Below are positions 40,966-49,317 of a DNA stretch of 64,000 nt, piece after piece. The notes below the pieces were generated by a model. It did not search any database, had not been told where the DNA came from, and saw only the letters and a program-made list of their open reading frames with translations. Location of the stretch: the NCBI GenBank assembly GCA_035549255.1, contig DASZRD010000004.1, positions 8,667-72,666 on the forward strand. The letters run 5' to 3'. The position numbers and the translations under genes were made by a program. The first letter of the stretch is position 1, and each line of letters starts with the position of its first letter. The DNA is from Minisyncoccota bacterium. GTDB taxonomy: Bacteria; Patescibacteriota; Minisyncoccia; Phycocordibacterales; SBAW01.

Positions 40966-42455
40966 TGCAAGCAGCACAAGAGAACGGCAACCTCAAGTGG
41001 CTCATCCTCGCGACCGTGATGGTCGGGACATTCTTGGGGCGCCTCGACCAGACGATCGTAGGGTTAGCGCTTCCCAAGATCATCAGCGACTTCTCGATCA
41101 CCGTATCCGCCGCGGGCTGGATCGCGACCGCCTATATCCTCGCGAACGCCGTCTTCGTGCCGGTGTGGGGCAAGCTTGGCGACACGATCGGGCGCAAGCG
41201 CGTGTACATCCTCGGCTTCGGCATATTCATCTTCGGTTCCGCGCTTGCCGGGTTCTCGTGGGACCTGGACTCGATGATCGTCTTCCGCGTCATCCAGGCG
41301 ATCGCGTCCTCGGCCGACTATCCCACCGCGATGGCCATCATCGCATTCACCTTTAGCGAAGGCCGCGAGCGCGCCCAGGCGCTCGGCATCTGGTCGAGCG
41401 TTTTCGCCGCATCGGCGGTCGTGGGTCCCTTGCTCGGCGGCCCCTTGATCGACCACCTCGGCTGGCGGTGGGTCTTTTTCATCAATATCCCGGTTGGGCT
41501 CGTGGGCCTTATGCTTGCGCTCGCCTTCATACCCGAGTCGACCGGTCGCAAGACAGAAAGCTTCGACTGGTGGGGCGCCATGTTCCTTGGCGGCGCGCTC
41601 TCCGCGCTGGTGCTCATCCTCGACAAGGGGCCCGACTGGGGCTGGCTCTCGGGAAGCGCGCTCATCTGCTACGCGGCGACCGTCATTTTCGGCATCATAT
41701 TCTATTTCATAGAGATCGGGCACAAGGAGCCAATCGTCGATCTTAAATTCTTCAAAAATAGCGTTTTCGTCAATACGCTCCTTAACAATTTCATTGTATT
41801 CATGGGGCTCATGGGCGCGATATTCCTCATCCCCATCTTCGCGCAAACATTCCTCGGCTACGACGCGACCCAGACCGGCTACCTCTTCATCCCGATGGCA
41901 GCAGCGCTCATGCTCGCCTCGCCTCTGGGCGGCGCGCTCACGGGGCGGGTTGAGGCGCGTGTTGTCATCATCGCCTCGACGCTGGTCGCGGCGCTGGGCC
42001 TCTTCCTCTTCGCCGTGCTCATCGACGTCCGCGCGACTGCGATCGACATTATGATCCCGCTCATGGTGATGGCGTTCGGGCTCGGCTTCGGGATGGCGCA
42101 GCGCACCAATGCGGTGGCATCGGTCGTCGACACACACGAGATGGGCAGCGCTTCGTCGGTCCTGGCGCTCGTGCGCAACATCTCGGGCGCCTTCGGCGTG
42201 GCCGTCTTCTCGACCATCCTCAACAGCGCCACCGAGAACAATGTCCTCTCAATCGCGCAAAATAGCACGCTCTACGTGCATTCGGCCGCCGCAATGCAGC
42301 AATTTATCGCGCTTATAGAATTAAAGGCGCAAGTGGATGCTTATCACACGATCTTCCTCGTCGGCATGTGGACGCTGATCGCAGGTGCCATCGCCTCGTT
42401 GTGGCTCAAAATCCCGGAGAAGAAGCTTTTGCAGCCGCTCCACGTCGACGCGTAA
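40965..42455 (+). CDS. MFS transporter, DHA2 (EmrB/QacA-like, 14 TM) family
   Basis: MFS signatures (LDQTIVGLALPKI; GKLGDTIGRKRV) and 14 predicted TM segments. Confidence 0.8.
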   Translation: MQAAQENGNLKWLILATVMVGTFLGRLDQTIVGLALPKIISDFSITVSAAGWIATAYILANAVFVPVWGKLGDTIGRKRVYILGFGIFIFGSALAGFSWDLDSMIVFRVIQAIASSADYPTAMAIIAFTFSEGRERAQALGIWSSVFAASAVVGPLLGGPLIDHLGWRWVFFINIPVGLVGLMLALAFIPESTGRKTESFDWWGAMFLGGALSALVLILDKGPDWGWLSGSALICYAATVIFGIIFYFIEIGHKEPIVDLKFFKNSVFVNTLLNNFIVFMGLMGAIFLIPIFAQTFLGYDATQTGYLFIPMAAALMLASPLGGALTGRVEARVVIIASTLVAALGLFLFAVLIDVRATAIDIMIPLMVMAFGLGFGMAQRTNAVASVVDTHEMGSASSVLALVRNISGAFGVAVFSTILNSATENNVLSIAQNSTLYVHSAAAMQQFIALIELKAQVDAYHTIFLVGMWTLIAGAIASLWLKIPEKKLLQPLHVDA

Positions 42456-42458
42456 TCG

Positions 42459-43187
42459 CTATCCCGCGATCTTGATCGCGGCAAAGAGCACAAGCGCGCC
42501 GAGCACGGTCACGAGCGTCGTCCATGCGGTCGGATGGCGGTGATGGCTCTCGGGTATGAGGTCGCTTGCGCCGATATACAGAAAGAAGCCGGCGAAGAGC
42601 GCGAGCAGAAGCCCGAGGTGCTCGTCGGATATGCTGAAGAGCATCGTTGCGGCAACGCCTACGACGGGTGCGAGCGCATCGACTATGAGCCAGCGCAATG
42701 CTCGTGCCCGCTCGCCCGCGTTTTTAATAATCATATTGACGGTATTGATGCCGTCGGAGAAATCGTGCGTTAAGACCGCTGCGGCAACGACCACGCCCAC
42801 CGCGGTCGAGACCTGGAACGCGAGCCCGATGCCGATGCCGTCCAGCAGGCTGTGGAACGAAAGCGCCGATGCGCCAGCAATCCCGCGCCGCGCGGTGTGC
42901 TCGTGGTGATGCGGCTCTTCGTCATGCTCATGGGTGTGGAGCAGCAGGAACCGATCGATGAGGAGATAGGTGAAGAAGCCTGCTGCAGTAACTGCAAGCA
43001 CGGTCGCGTCAGCATACTGCGCGCTCGCAAGATCGAGCGCCTCGGGCAGGAGGTCGAAGAAGGCTACGGCTACCACTGCTCCGGCGCTGAAGCCGAGTAT
43101 GAGATGGAGCTTATCGCGCAGCGAAAGCGCGAAGAGCCCGCCGAGCAAGGTGGCGATGCATGTGGCTGCGGCTATCGCGATCAGCAT
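42459..43187 (-). CDS. ZIP family metal (zinc) transporter
   Basis: His-rich loop HTHEHDEEPHHHEHTARR and the conserved ZIP TM motif HSLLDGIGIGL. Confidence 0.8.
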   Translation of the reverse strand: MLIAIAAATCIATLLGGLFALSLRDKLHLILGFSAGAVVAVAFFDLLPEALDLASAQYADATVLAVTAAGFFTYLLIDRFLLLHTHEHDEEPHHHEHTARRGIAGASALSFHSLLDGIGIGLAFQVSTAVGVVVAAAVLTHDFSDGINTVNMIIKNAGERARALRWLIVDALAPVVGVAATMLFSISDEHLGLLLALFAGFFLYIGASDLIPESHHRHPTAWTTLVTVLGALVLFAAIKIAG

Positions 43188-43193
43188 ACGAGA

Positions 43194-44048
43194 TTATTGT
43201 CCGACTGAGGTCGTGCTCGAGGCGGTCGCCGAGACTTTGGCCGAAGCGAGCGCCTTCATGATCGTGTCCACATCTTTGCGCGCGGCCACGAGGTCCTTCT
43301 GGCCATTCGTGATCTCGTCGCGGCCGGTCTTGAGCGCCGCCGTGTTGGACGCCATGGCCGTTTTGTCACCGTTGTCAGGGGTAAGCGTCGCGGTGCCATT
43401 GATCGCAGCCTGGGCGTGGCCCTGCGCGCTCGTAAGGTGGGTGCTCATATCGTTGAGGGTCGAGATCATCGCAGTCACATCGACACCTGCCCCCTGGTCG
43501 GCCTGCACGCGCGCCTGGAGTTTGGAGCCGATGCCTGCCAGCATATTGATGATCGTCGCCTCACGATCAGCAGCAGCGGCTATCCTGGCTTGCGGCATGA
43601 CGAGCGCGAAGATGCGGTATGACTGCGTGATCGACTGAACGTCGGCCTTGAGCGTCGCGCCGTCGGTTTCCGCATCGATCTTCGATTTGAGCTGGACTAA
43701 GCCCGTGAGCTGGTTCTGAATGTTGGTAACGATATTTGTCTTGAGCTGCGCAGAGACCTTGGTCATCTGCTCTACGCGCGCATTGAGATCGGTAAGCGCC
43801 TTGGTGCGGCGGTCTATCTCGGTGTCAGCTTTGGTCTTGGCGCGAGCCACGACCGTGGCGCTGATCGTAGTCGATGCGGTCGCTTTGACGCCTGTAGTGT
43901 CGACGCTCGCATTGGCGCTGGCGCTCACTGCCGCGGTCTGCTGGAGAGCAGTGTCGATGTCGCTGTCAGCCATGGCGAAAACAGGGACGAGGAAGGCCGC
44001 CCCGAGCACGATTGCGCTGATACTGCGAAGAAGATTGGCGAGGTTCAT
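43194..44048 (-). CDS. Secreted coiled-coil hypothetical protein
   Basis: Signal peptide MNLANLLRSISAIVLGAAFLVPVFAMA, then Ala/Thr/Gln-rich coiled-coil. Confidence 0.45.
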   Translation of the reverse strand: MNLANLLRSISAIVLGAAFLVPVFAMADSDIDTALQQTAAVSASANASVDTTGVKATASTTISATVVARAKTKADTEIDRRTKALTDLNARVEQMTKVSAQLKTNIVTNIQNQLTGLVQLKSKIDAETDGATLKADVQSITQSYRIFALVMPQARIAAAADREATIINMLAGIGSKLQARVQADQGAGVDVTAMISTLNDMSTHLTSAQGHAQAAINGTATLTPDNGDKTAMASNTAALKTGRDEITNGQKDLVAARKDVDTIMKALASAKVSATASSTTSVGQ

Positions 44049-44049
44049 A

Positions 44050-44358
44050 TTAGAATTCCTGCTGGGTTGGCTGGTCATTGAGGCTGCTGTCGACGTTGGT
44101 TTGGTCGGAACCGAGGCTCTTCATTTGGGTATCGACAGCCGCGGAGTCTTGCATGATCGCCGCGTCGGAATCATCGTCCGAGGCCGTCGGCAAGTCGCTG
44201 ACTGGCTGCTGAGCCTGCTGCTGTTGAACCTGAGGCGTCGTAGTAGCCTGCTGAAGGAGCGCTGTGGCGCCGGGCAGATACGGCTTGAGGAGCCCGCTGA
44301 ACCAGAGCCCTGCGCCCGCAATAATGACTAACGCGAGACCGACAATCCATTTCATCAT
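44050..44358 (-). CDS. Membrane-anchored Gln-rich hypothetical protein (102 aa)
   Basis: TM helix at N-terminus, then a PQVQQQQAQQP low-complexity stretch. Confidence 0.4.
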   Translation of the reverse strand: MMKWIVGLALVIIAGAGLWFSGLLKPYLPGATALLQQATTTPQVQQQQAQQPVSDLPTASDDDSDAAIMQDSAAVDTQMKSLGSDQTNVDSSLNDQPTQQEF

Positions 44359-44416
44359 GATGAGAAATACACGAGAGATTACCTTAGTAAGCTGGCGCTC
44401 TCAAGTATACTCCTTT

Positions 44417-44845
44417 TCAAGAATCTTTGAGGAGCTTCTTTTCCTCTTCGGTGGGCTCGAGGTCGAGGCACACCGAGTTAAGGCAATAGCGCTTGCCGGT
44501 AGCCGTGGGCCCGTCGTCGAAGACATGCCCCAAGTGGCTGCCGCATTGCGCGCACAAGACCTCGGTACGATGCATGCCATAGGCGTTGTCGGCCTTGAAC
44601 TCGACCGCGCCCGGGAGCGCCTGGTCGAAGGACGGCCAGCCGGTGCCCGAGTCGAACTTAGCATCGGAGGAGAAGAGCGGGTTGCCGCATGCCGCGCAGC
44701 GGTAGACACCGTCACGATCCTCATGCAGGAGCTTGCCGCTGAAGGGGGCTTCGGTCCCCTTTTCGCGCAGGATCGCATATTGTTCGGCTGAGAGCTTATT
44801 TTTCCAACCGGCCTCGTCTTGAGGCATATTTTCACGCGGATTCAT
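44417..44845 (-). CDS. msrB: Peptide methionine sulfoxide reductase MsrB
   Basis: Two CxxC pairs (CAACGNPLF; CAQCGSHLGHVF) and the catalytic region RYCLNSVCL (presumed catalytic Cys). Confidence 0.85.
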   Translation of the reverse strand: MNPRENMPQDEAGWKNKLSAEQYAILREKGTEAPFSGKLLHEDRDGVYRCAACGNPLFSSDAKFDSGTGWPSFDQALPGAVEFKADNAYGMHRTEVLCAQCGSHLGHVFDDGPTATGKRYCLNSVCLDLEPTEEEKKLLKDS

Positions 44846-44894
44846 AGGATTAGTGCGCTTACTGGTAAATTGATATCTGTAAGTATACTCAAAT

Positions 44895-45566
44895 CTAGTC
44901 ATACACTACTTCAGTGATCTCGGCATGAGGATTGGGGATGACGCACAGCACCTTGCCGGCGATCTTGAAGTCCTCGCGCAGGACAATGGGCTTATACTTG
45001 GGATTCTTGGACTCTGGGTAAAGGACGGTAACGCCTTCGCGCCTCTCATAGCGCTTAACCGTCACCATGTCGCCAACGATTGCCGCCACGCGGTCGCCGT
45101 CCTGGGCCTCGCTGGTGAAGCGGATAAGCACGTAATCGCCCGGATGGATGCCCGCGTCCTCCATGCTGTCACCTACCGCGCGCACCGCCACGATGCTGCC
45201 TTCGTCGCCGCGAGGGCTTTCTGCCAGCGCCTTGTCTACTTCGAGAAATTCGTCCTGCTCCTCCTGCGCAAAGAGGGAAAGGTCGTCGCAGCCCACGTTG
45301 GCCACGACCGGCACGGAGACTGTTTCCTGAGTAGGCATGCCGTCGGCATCTGCGCCGCGCAACTCGATATTGCGGCGCGCGTGCTTGCGGCGCACGATGT
45401 AGCCCTTTTCCTCGAGCGCCTCAAGGTACTGCGTCACCGTGCGTAGGGAGCTTACCTTGAGAAGCTTCCGGAGCTCGTCGATGGTCGGCGGCTCGCGATG
45501 CTTGAGCATGTAGGCCTCGAGTGTATCGAGCACGCGCTGCTGTTTGATCGTGAGAGCCTGCTGCAT
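44895..45566 (-). CDS. lexA: LexA repressor (S24 peptidase)
   Basis: N-terminal wHTH (LTIKQQRVLDTLEAY...), cleavage site A-G (VANVGCDD region), and catalytic GDSM plus K (VKRY). Confidence 0.85.
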   Translation of the reverse strand: MQQALTIKQQRVLDTLEAYMLKHREPPTIDELRKLLKVSSLRTVTQYLEALEEKGYIVRRKHARRNIELRGADADGMPTQETVSVPVVANVGCDDLSLFAQEEQDEFLEVDKALAESPRGDEGSIVAVRAVGDSMEDAGIHPGDYVLIRFTSEAQDGDRVAAIVGDMVTVKRYERREGVTVLYPESKNPKYKPIVLREDFKIAGKVLCVIPNPHAEITEVVYD

Positions 45567-45572
45567 AGCATC

Positions 45573-45600
45573 ATTATATTCTGCACAAAACTAGTGTCAA
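45573..45600 (-). promoter_or_regulatory. Putative lexA promoter (TTGACA-16-TATAAT on the minus strand; -10 ends 6 nt before the ATG, so leaderless)
   Basis: Minus-strand reading ttgacactagttttgtgcagaatataatgatgctATG. The near-palindrome CACAAaTTGTG lies at 45614..45624. Confidence 0.45.
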
Positions 45601-45631
45601 ATACACAACATACACAAATTGTGGATAAATA

Positions 45632-45991
45632 CTAGCGTATGCGATTGAGCTGCGCGCGGTGGTGCTTGTAGTCGGGCATCGCTTGCCCGACCAGAGTCCA
45701 AAACCTGGGCGAATGGTTGAACTCGCCGAGGTGGCACAGCTCGTGGAGGATCACGTAATCGGCAAGCTTTACCGGCAAAAAAATGATTTTGTAATTGAAG
45801 TTGAGGTTGCGGAATTCCGAGCAGCTCCCCCAGCGGGAGCGAAGATTCTTGATGAAGACTCTGCGGTACGGGAAGCCGTAAAACCGGTTGAAATGGGCGA
45901 GCCGCGCGTGCGCCAGCGCACGCGCGGCTTCCTTGTGCTTAAGATAATGATGCCTGGTGCCGCGGCGCATCGAGACAGTATACCCCTTCAT
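45632..45991 (-). CDS. DUF45/YgjP-like zinc metallopeptidase (HExxH)
   Basis: HELCHL motif near the C-terminus and conserved WGSCS region. Confidence 0.6.
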   Translation of the reverse strand: MKGYTVSMRRGTRHHYLKHKEAARALAHARLAHFNRFYGFPYRRVFIKNLRSRWGSCSEFRNLNFNYKIIFLPVKLADYVILHELCHLGEFNHSPRFWTLVGQAMPDYKHHRAQLNRIR

Positions 45992-46065
45992 GCTTGCCTC
46001 AGGATGAATGCGTCATACTGCACTCATGCGTCGATTTATGTTATGAGCCTAATCTTTACAACTCT

Positions 46066-46260
46066 ATGAAAGTCTTGCTTACGTGCATGCAGTGTAGCTA
46101 CGCCGCGTGGGGTTCGACCGACGGCGACTTGATGAATAAGATCATCATGTGGAACCACGTCCGCAAGGCCCATGCACATACGGCCGAGCGCATCCTTGAG
46201 CGCTATCAAGTCGTGCCGAACGACTTCTATGACGTGCGCGCCGCGCCAACGGCGGCTTAG
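46066..46260 (+). CDS. Small hypothetical protein (64 aa, possible DUF1059-like)
   Basis: MKVLLTCMQCSYAAWGSTDGDLMNKIIMWNHVRKAH... Confidence 0.3.
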   Translation: MKVLLTCMQCSYAAWGSTDGDLMNKIIMWNHVRKAHAHTAERILERYQVVPNDFYDVRAAPTAA

Positions 46261-46988
46261 TTGGACAGATCGACTGAATTGATCACGATCGGCGTCGTGG
46301 GGCGGTCGCTGCTATCGGTAGCCGCGTTATTGATCGCTTCCACGACATCCATGCCCGCCGTCACCTTGGCGAAAACGGCGTACTTGCCGTCGAGGAAGGA
46401 GTTGTCGACCGCATTGATAAAGAATTGCGACCCGCCCGAGTTAGGTTGCCCCGTATTGGCCATGGAGACAACACCTGCGGCGTTGTGGCCGCTCATATTT
46501 TCATCCGGAATCGTATACCCCGGGCCGCCGGTGCCCCAGCGCGCCTGCTGGGAGTCGTCTTTCGTAAGCGGATCGCCGGCCTGGTCCATAAAGCCTTTGA
46601 TCACGCGGTGGAACTTCACGCCGTTGTAGTAGCCGCTCTGCGCCAGCTTCACGAAGTTGGCAACGGTCTGGGGCGCGGCATTGTCGAACTCGATCGTAAT
46701 GTCGCCCAGGCTAGTGTGAAGCGTTGCGTGCATGATGGTTTGTTGATTAGTAGTACTAACGGGTGACGAGGAATTCGCGCCGGCCGGCTGCGAGCCGCTG
46801 CTTCCTTGCTGCGGTTGGCTAGTATCGGTCGGCGCGCCAAAGTTCTGATTTGCGTCGGCGCCCTGCTCTGGCGTCGTGGTCGCATACCCCAGGCTCGGCG
46901 CGCCGTTTGGCGTATGGCCGAGGTACCACCAGGCGCCGAGCGCAAGCGCGAGGAGGATCGGAAAAATGATGAGTACTGAGCGGTCCAT
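46257..46988 (-). CDS. ppiB: Secreted cyclophilin-type peptidyl-prolyl cis-trans isomerase
   Basis: Signal anchor, then the cyclophilin core (FHRVIKGFMDQAGDP; GVVSMANTGQPNSGGSQFFI). Confidence 0.85.
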   Translation of the reverse strand: MDRSVLIIFPILLALALGAWWYLGHTPNGAPSLGYATTTPEQGADANQNFGAPTDTSQPQQGSSGSQPAGANSSSPVSTTNQQTIMHATLHTSLGDITIEFDNAAPQTVANFVKLAQSGYYNGVKFHRVIKGFMDQAGDPLTKDDSQQARWGTGGPGYTIPDENMSGHNAAGVVSMANTGQPNSGGSQFFINAVDNSFLDGKYAVFAKVTAGMDVVEAINNAATDSSDRPTTPIVINSVDLSN

Positions 46989-46990
46989 GG

Positions 46991-47278
46991 CTATATCCCC
47001 TTCACTTGCTTAGCGATCTCCGACTCGATGCGGCCCTCAAACATGCGCCAGAGCAAAGGCAGCTTGGCGTCGAGGATATACTCGCTGTCGGTGACCTCAA
47101 GCGTGCCGCTGATCGACTTGCCCTGGAGGTCAACATCGAAATTAAGTGTATCGCCCAGCCACTCCTCCTTCTTGACCGTGGCGTGCTCTATGAGCTGCGC
47201 GCGGTGCTCGGTCAAGGCAGACTTGATCTTCTCTACCGCCGCTTGGCGGGAGGTTTTGTGCGGAATGACGAGATGCAT
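46991..47278 (-). CDS. Small conserved hypothetical protein (95 aa)
   Basis: Clean ORF abutting ppiB. Weak resemblance to the polyhydroxyalkanoic-acid system protein family; unverified. Confidence 0.35.
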   Translation of the reverse strand: MHLVIPHKTSRQAAVEKIKSALTEHRAQLIEHATVKKEEWLGDTLNFDVDLQGKSISGTLEVTDSEYILDAKLPLLWRMFEGRIESEIAKQVKGI

Positions 47279-47295
47279 AGATGTCTACTATACGA

Positions 47296-47772
47296 TTACT
47301 GCGCAGACCCCGAGAACACGCGCAAGGTCACGTCGCACGGGCACTGCACCGGCTCGTTCGGCTGCGTGCCCTTGAAATCGGTCGAGACCTGGGTCGCGAT
47401 AAAATCACCCCCCTTGCTATAGACCGTTATGTCGCTCCCTGGCCCGCCCGCCGCGCGCGCGATATCGACGCTCCAGCCGGCGGCAAGGAGCTTCTGTCTG
47501 TAATAATCCTCAAAAGGCTGCGAGGTCGAGGCGATGTTGGTGATATCGGTCGCCGCCTGCGAGGTAACCTCGACCCCTATCAAGTCTTCAAGCGTTGCCG
47601 AAGCGACGCTTCCCCACGCCACACCCGTATAGAGCGGATAGGCGTCTGCCGCAAGCAGCGGCGCCGAATTGTTGGTCGTGGGCGCCTGCGCCTGCTCGCC
47701 CCAGAGCCAATATATAGCCGCGGCGGCGATGACGAGCACTACGATTATGCCGATAATGGTCGATGATTTCAT
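47296..47772 (-). CDS. Secreted hypothetical protein (158 aa)
   Basis: Signal anchor MKSSTIIGIIVVLVIAAAAIYWLW. Confidence 0.45.
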   Translation of the reverse strand: MKSSTIIGIIVVLVIAAAAIYWLWGEQAQAPTTNNSAPLLAADAYPLYTGVAWGSVASATLEDLIGVEVTSQAATDITNIASTSQPFEDYYRQKLLAAGWSVDIARAAGGPGSDITVYSKGGDFIATQVSTDFKGTQPNEPVQCPCDVTLRVFSGSAQ

Positions 47773-48086
47773 AGGCTTTCGTTATATACTAAAGACGGTC
47801 AATTACCCATAGTATTTCATTATATATGAACGGCAGCAATGTTAATACGATCCTGATCGTCGTAATATTAGTCCTCCTGGTGGGCGCAGGCGTCTGGTGG
47901 TACGAGACCTACGGCCCCGGCCACGCGCAGCCGGCCCAGCAGCAAAACGGCCTCAATATCAACGTGGGCTCCTCCAACGACAGCAGCCAATAACCAAAAG
48001 ACCCTGCAAGGGGTCTTTTGCTTTGTCAGCCCTTGAGGGTTCTGCTAGATTGGGTTTAGGAGAACCACTTACGAGAGGTTAGCGAC

Positions 48087-48380
48087 ATGCCTGCCAAACA
48101 AGGGTTTGAGACTGCGGACGATATGCGGGCTTGGCCGCGCGAGCACCAGGAAAGCTGGTACATCAGGTCATTTACTCGTTTTGTTATCGCCGACGACGAC
48201 AAGGGCTACATACGGGAAGGCCGCAACCTGCGCGCGCTTGAGCGGCTGTGGGGCTTTACCAAGACGGAAGCTCACGAGCTCCAGCTCAGAGCTTTAGAAG
48301 CTCTAGTCGATATGAGCCGCGAGATGGACGATGGCCTCGGCCCGGTCCCCGCAGCCGCTCCGCTCCCCACCCAACATTAG
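48087..48380 (+). CDS. Hypothetical protein (97 aa)
   Basis: ORF followed by a perfect 14-bp-stem terminator. Confidence 0.45.
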   Translation: MPAKQGFETADDMRAWPREHQESWYIRSFTRFVIADDDKGYIREGRNLRALERLWGFTKTEAHELQLRALEALVDMSREMDDGLGPVPAAAPLPTQH

Positions 48381-48389
48381 GCGACAGCG

Positions 48390-48420
48390 GGCTCCGCGAT
48401 CACGCGTGATCGCGGAGCTC
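48390..48420 (+). terminator. Palindromic terminator gctccgcgatcacg/cgtgatcgcggagc
   Basis: Perfect 28-bp palindrome followed by tctttcg. Confidence 0.6.
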
Positions 48421-48475
48421 TTTCGTATAGAAAACCCTTATTTCAGGCCTTATACTATCAGATGCCGCGGGATAC

Positions 48476-48504
48476 TTGACATATATTTAATATTGGTGTA
48501 GTAT
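48476..48504 (+). promoter_or_regulatory. Orphan sigma70-like promoter (TTGACA-17-TAGTAT, AT-rich, TATAAA overlapping)
   Basis: cttgacatatatttaatattggtgtagtataaat, in a low-GC intergenic stretch with no adjacent credible ORF. Confidence 0.4.
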
Positions 48505-48510
48505 AAATAT

Positions 48511-48830
48511 CAGAAGATCTTTGGCTAAGCGGACACCGCGCTGAAGAAGCGCCCGCAATCTCAAAGGTAGGCCGTGCTTTGCAGGCTACCGAGACTAAGT
48601 CCAGTGCATGACGAGGCAGCCCCGCGGATGTTTTTGTCCGAGCGGTACGATCTCCATGCGGCTTAGCGCCACGACATCTTCAAAGGTTCTCAGCTTGTGG
48701 CAGGTTTTGCGCGCGAGCGCCCGCCGAAGCTGCATGTCCGCCTTTTTGCGGACGAACGACGAACCAGAGGCTCGATGCGCGAGCCTCAATCCCAGAGCCC
48801 TTCGTAATTTTGCGAGGGCTCTTTTCATTC
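48511..48830 (+). ncRNA. Candidate ~320-nt sRNA or structured leader between the orphan promoter and an intrinsic terminator
   Basis: Promoter at 48476..48504 and terminator at 48794..48829. It contains the hairpin gtccgc-cttttt-gcggac. The overlapping ORFs (48608..48928 +, 48595..48906 -) start with TTG, lack RBSs and are not convincing. Confidence 0.3.
48794..48829 (+). terminator. Intrinsic terminator (agagcccttcg-taattttg-cgagggctct + ttt)
   Basis: ~10-bp stem with one bulge, followed by cttttcatt. Confidence 0.5.
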
Positions 48831-48871
48831 CATCGACGCTTGATGCTTTATTTTGCGTGGAGATTTTGCTA

Positions 48872-48893
48872 AAGTACAAAAGAATTTGTACTT
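48872..48893. promoter_or_regulatory. Perfect 9-bp-arm inverted repeat AAGTACAAA-agaa-TTTGTACTT upstream of the 48928 gene
   Basis: Seen directly, 35-55 nt upstream of the GTG start and adjacent to a TTGACA at 48900. Confidence 0.35.
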
Positions 48894-48927
48894 GTGTCCT
48901 TGACAATCAATCCGAGGAGGAATTGTA

Positions 48928-49266
48928 GTGAACTTTCAGACAATGAAGTCCGATGTGCTGGCGGCGATCATGCCGGACCGGTGGAGGGATGTGACGATCA
49001 TACTCGATGCGGTAAATGACGCGTGGAAAAAGCGCGGCGAGAGGACTCTCTTCCTGCGAAGGCTGCGCACACTCAGCACAGCCACCCTGTGCGACATCCT
49101 TACCGACCTAGAGGATGAGGGCATGATAATCGTAAACGAAGGGCATGTTCCGTCTGGACTGCACGAGCATGACAACCGGTACGAGCACGCGCACATGCGG
49201 CGTATAGAGGCCGCTGCTCCCGCGGCGCGCCCGGCTAAGGGCAGGCGCACGCAGATGTACCGATAA
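48928..49266 (+). CDS. Hypothetical protein (112 aa), possible winged-helix regulator; GTG start
   Basis: RBS gaggagga 6 nt upstream of the GTG. The LSTATLCDILTDLEDEGMIIVNEG segment is HTH-like. Confidence 0.45.
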   Translation: MNFQTMKSDVLAAIMPDRWRDVTIILDAVNDAWKKRGERTLFLRRLRTLSTATLCDILTDLEDEGMIIVNEGHVPSGLHEHDNRYEHAHMRRIEAAAPAARPAKGRRTQMYR

Positions 49267-49317
49267 TCACAAGCCCCAGCGCCGCGCGGACTAGTCCGCG
49301 CGGCGCTTTCTTTTTAT

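Noticed and set aside
41064-42137. 357-aa minus ORF inside the MFS transporter gene
   Set aside because: Asp/Glu/Arg-rich antisense artefact. The plus-strand product has 14 clear TM helices.
48595-48928. ORFs 48595..48906 (-) and 48608..48928 (+) in the low-GC gap
   Set aside because: Both start with TTG, lack RBSs and overlap a promoter/terminator pair. They are treated as non-coding (candidate sRNA), though a small basic protein cannot be fully excluded.
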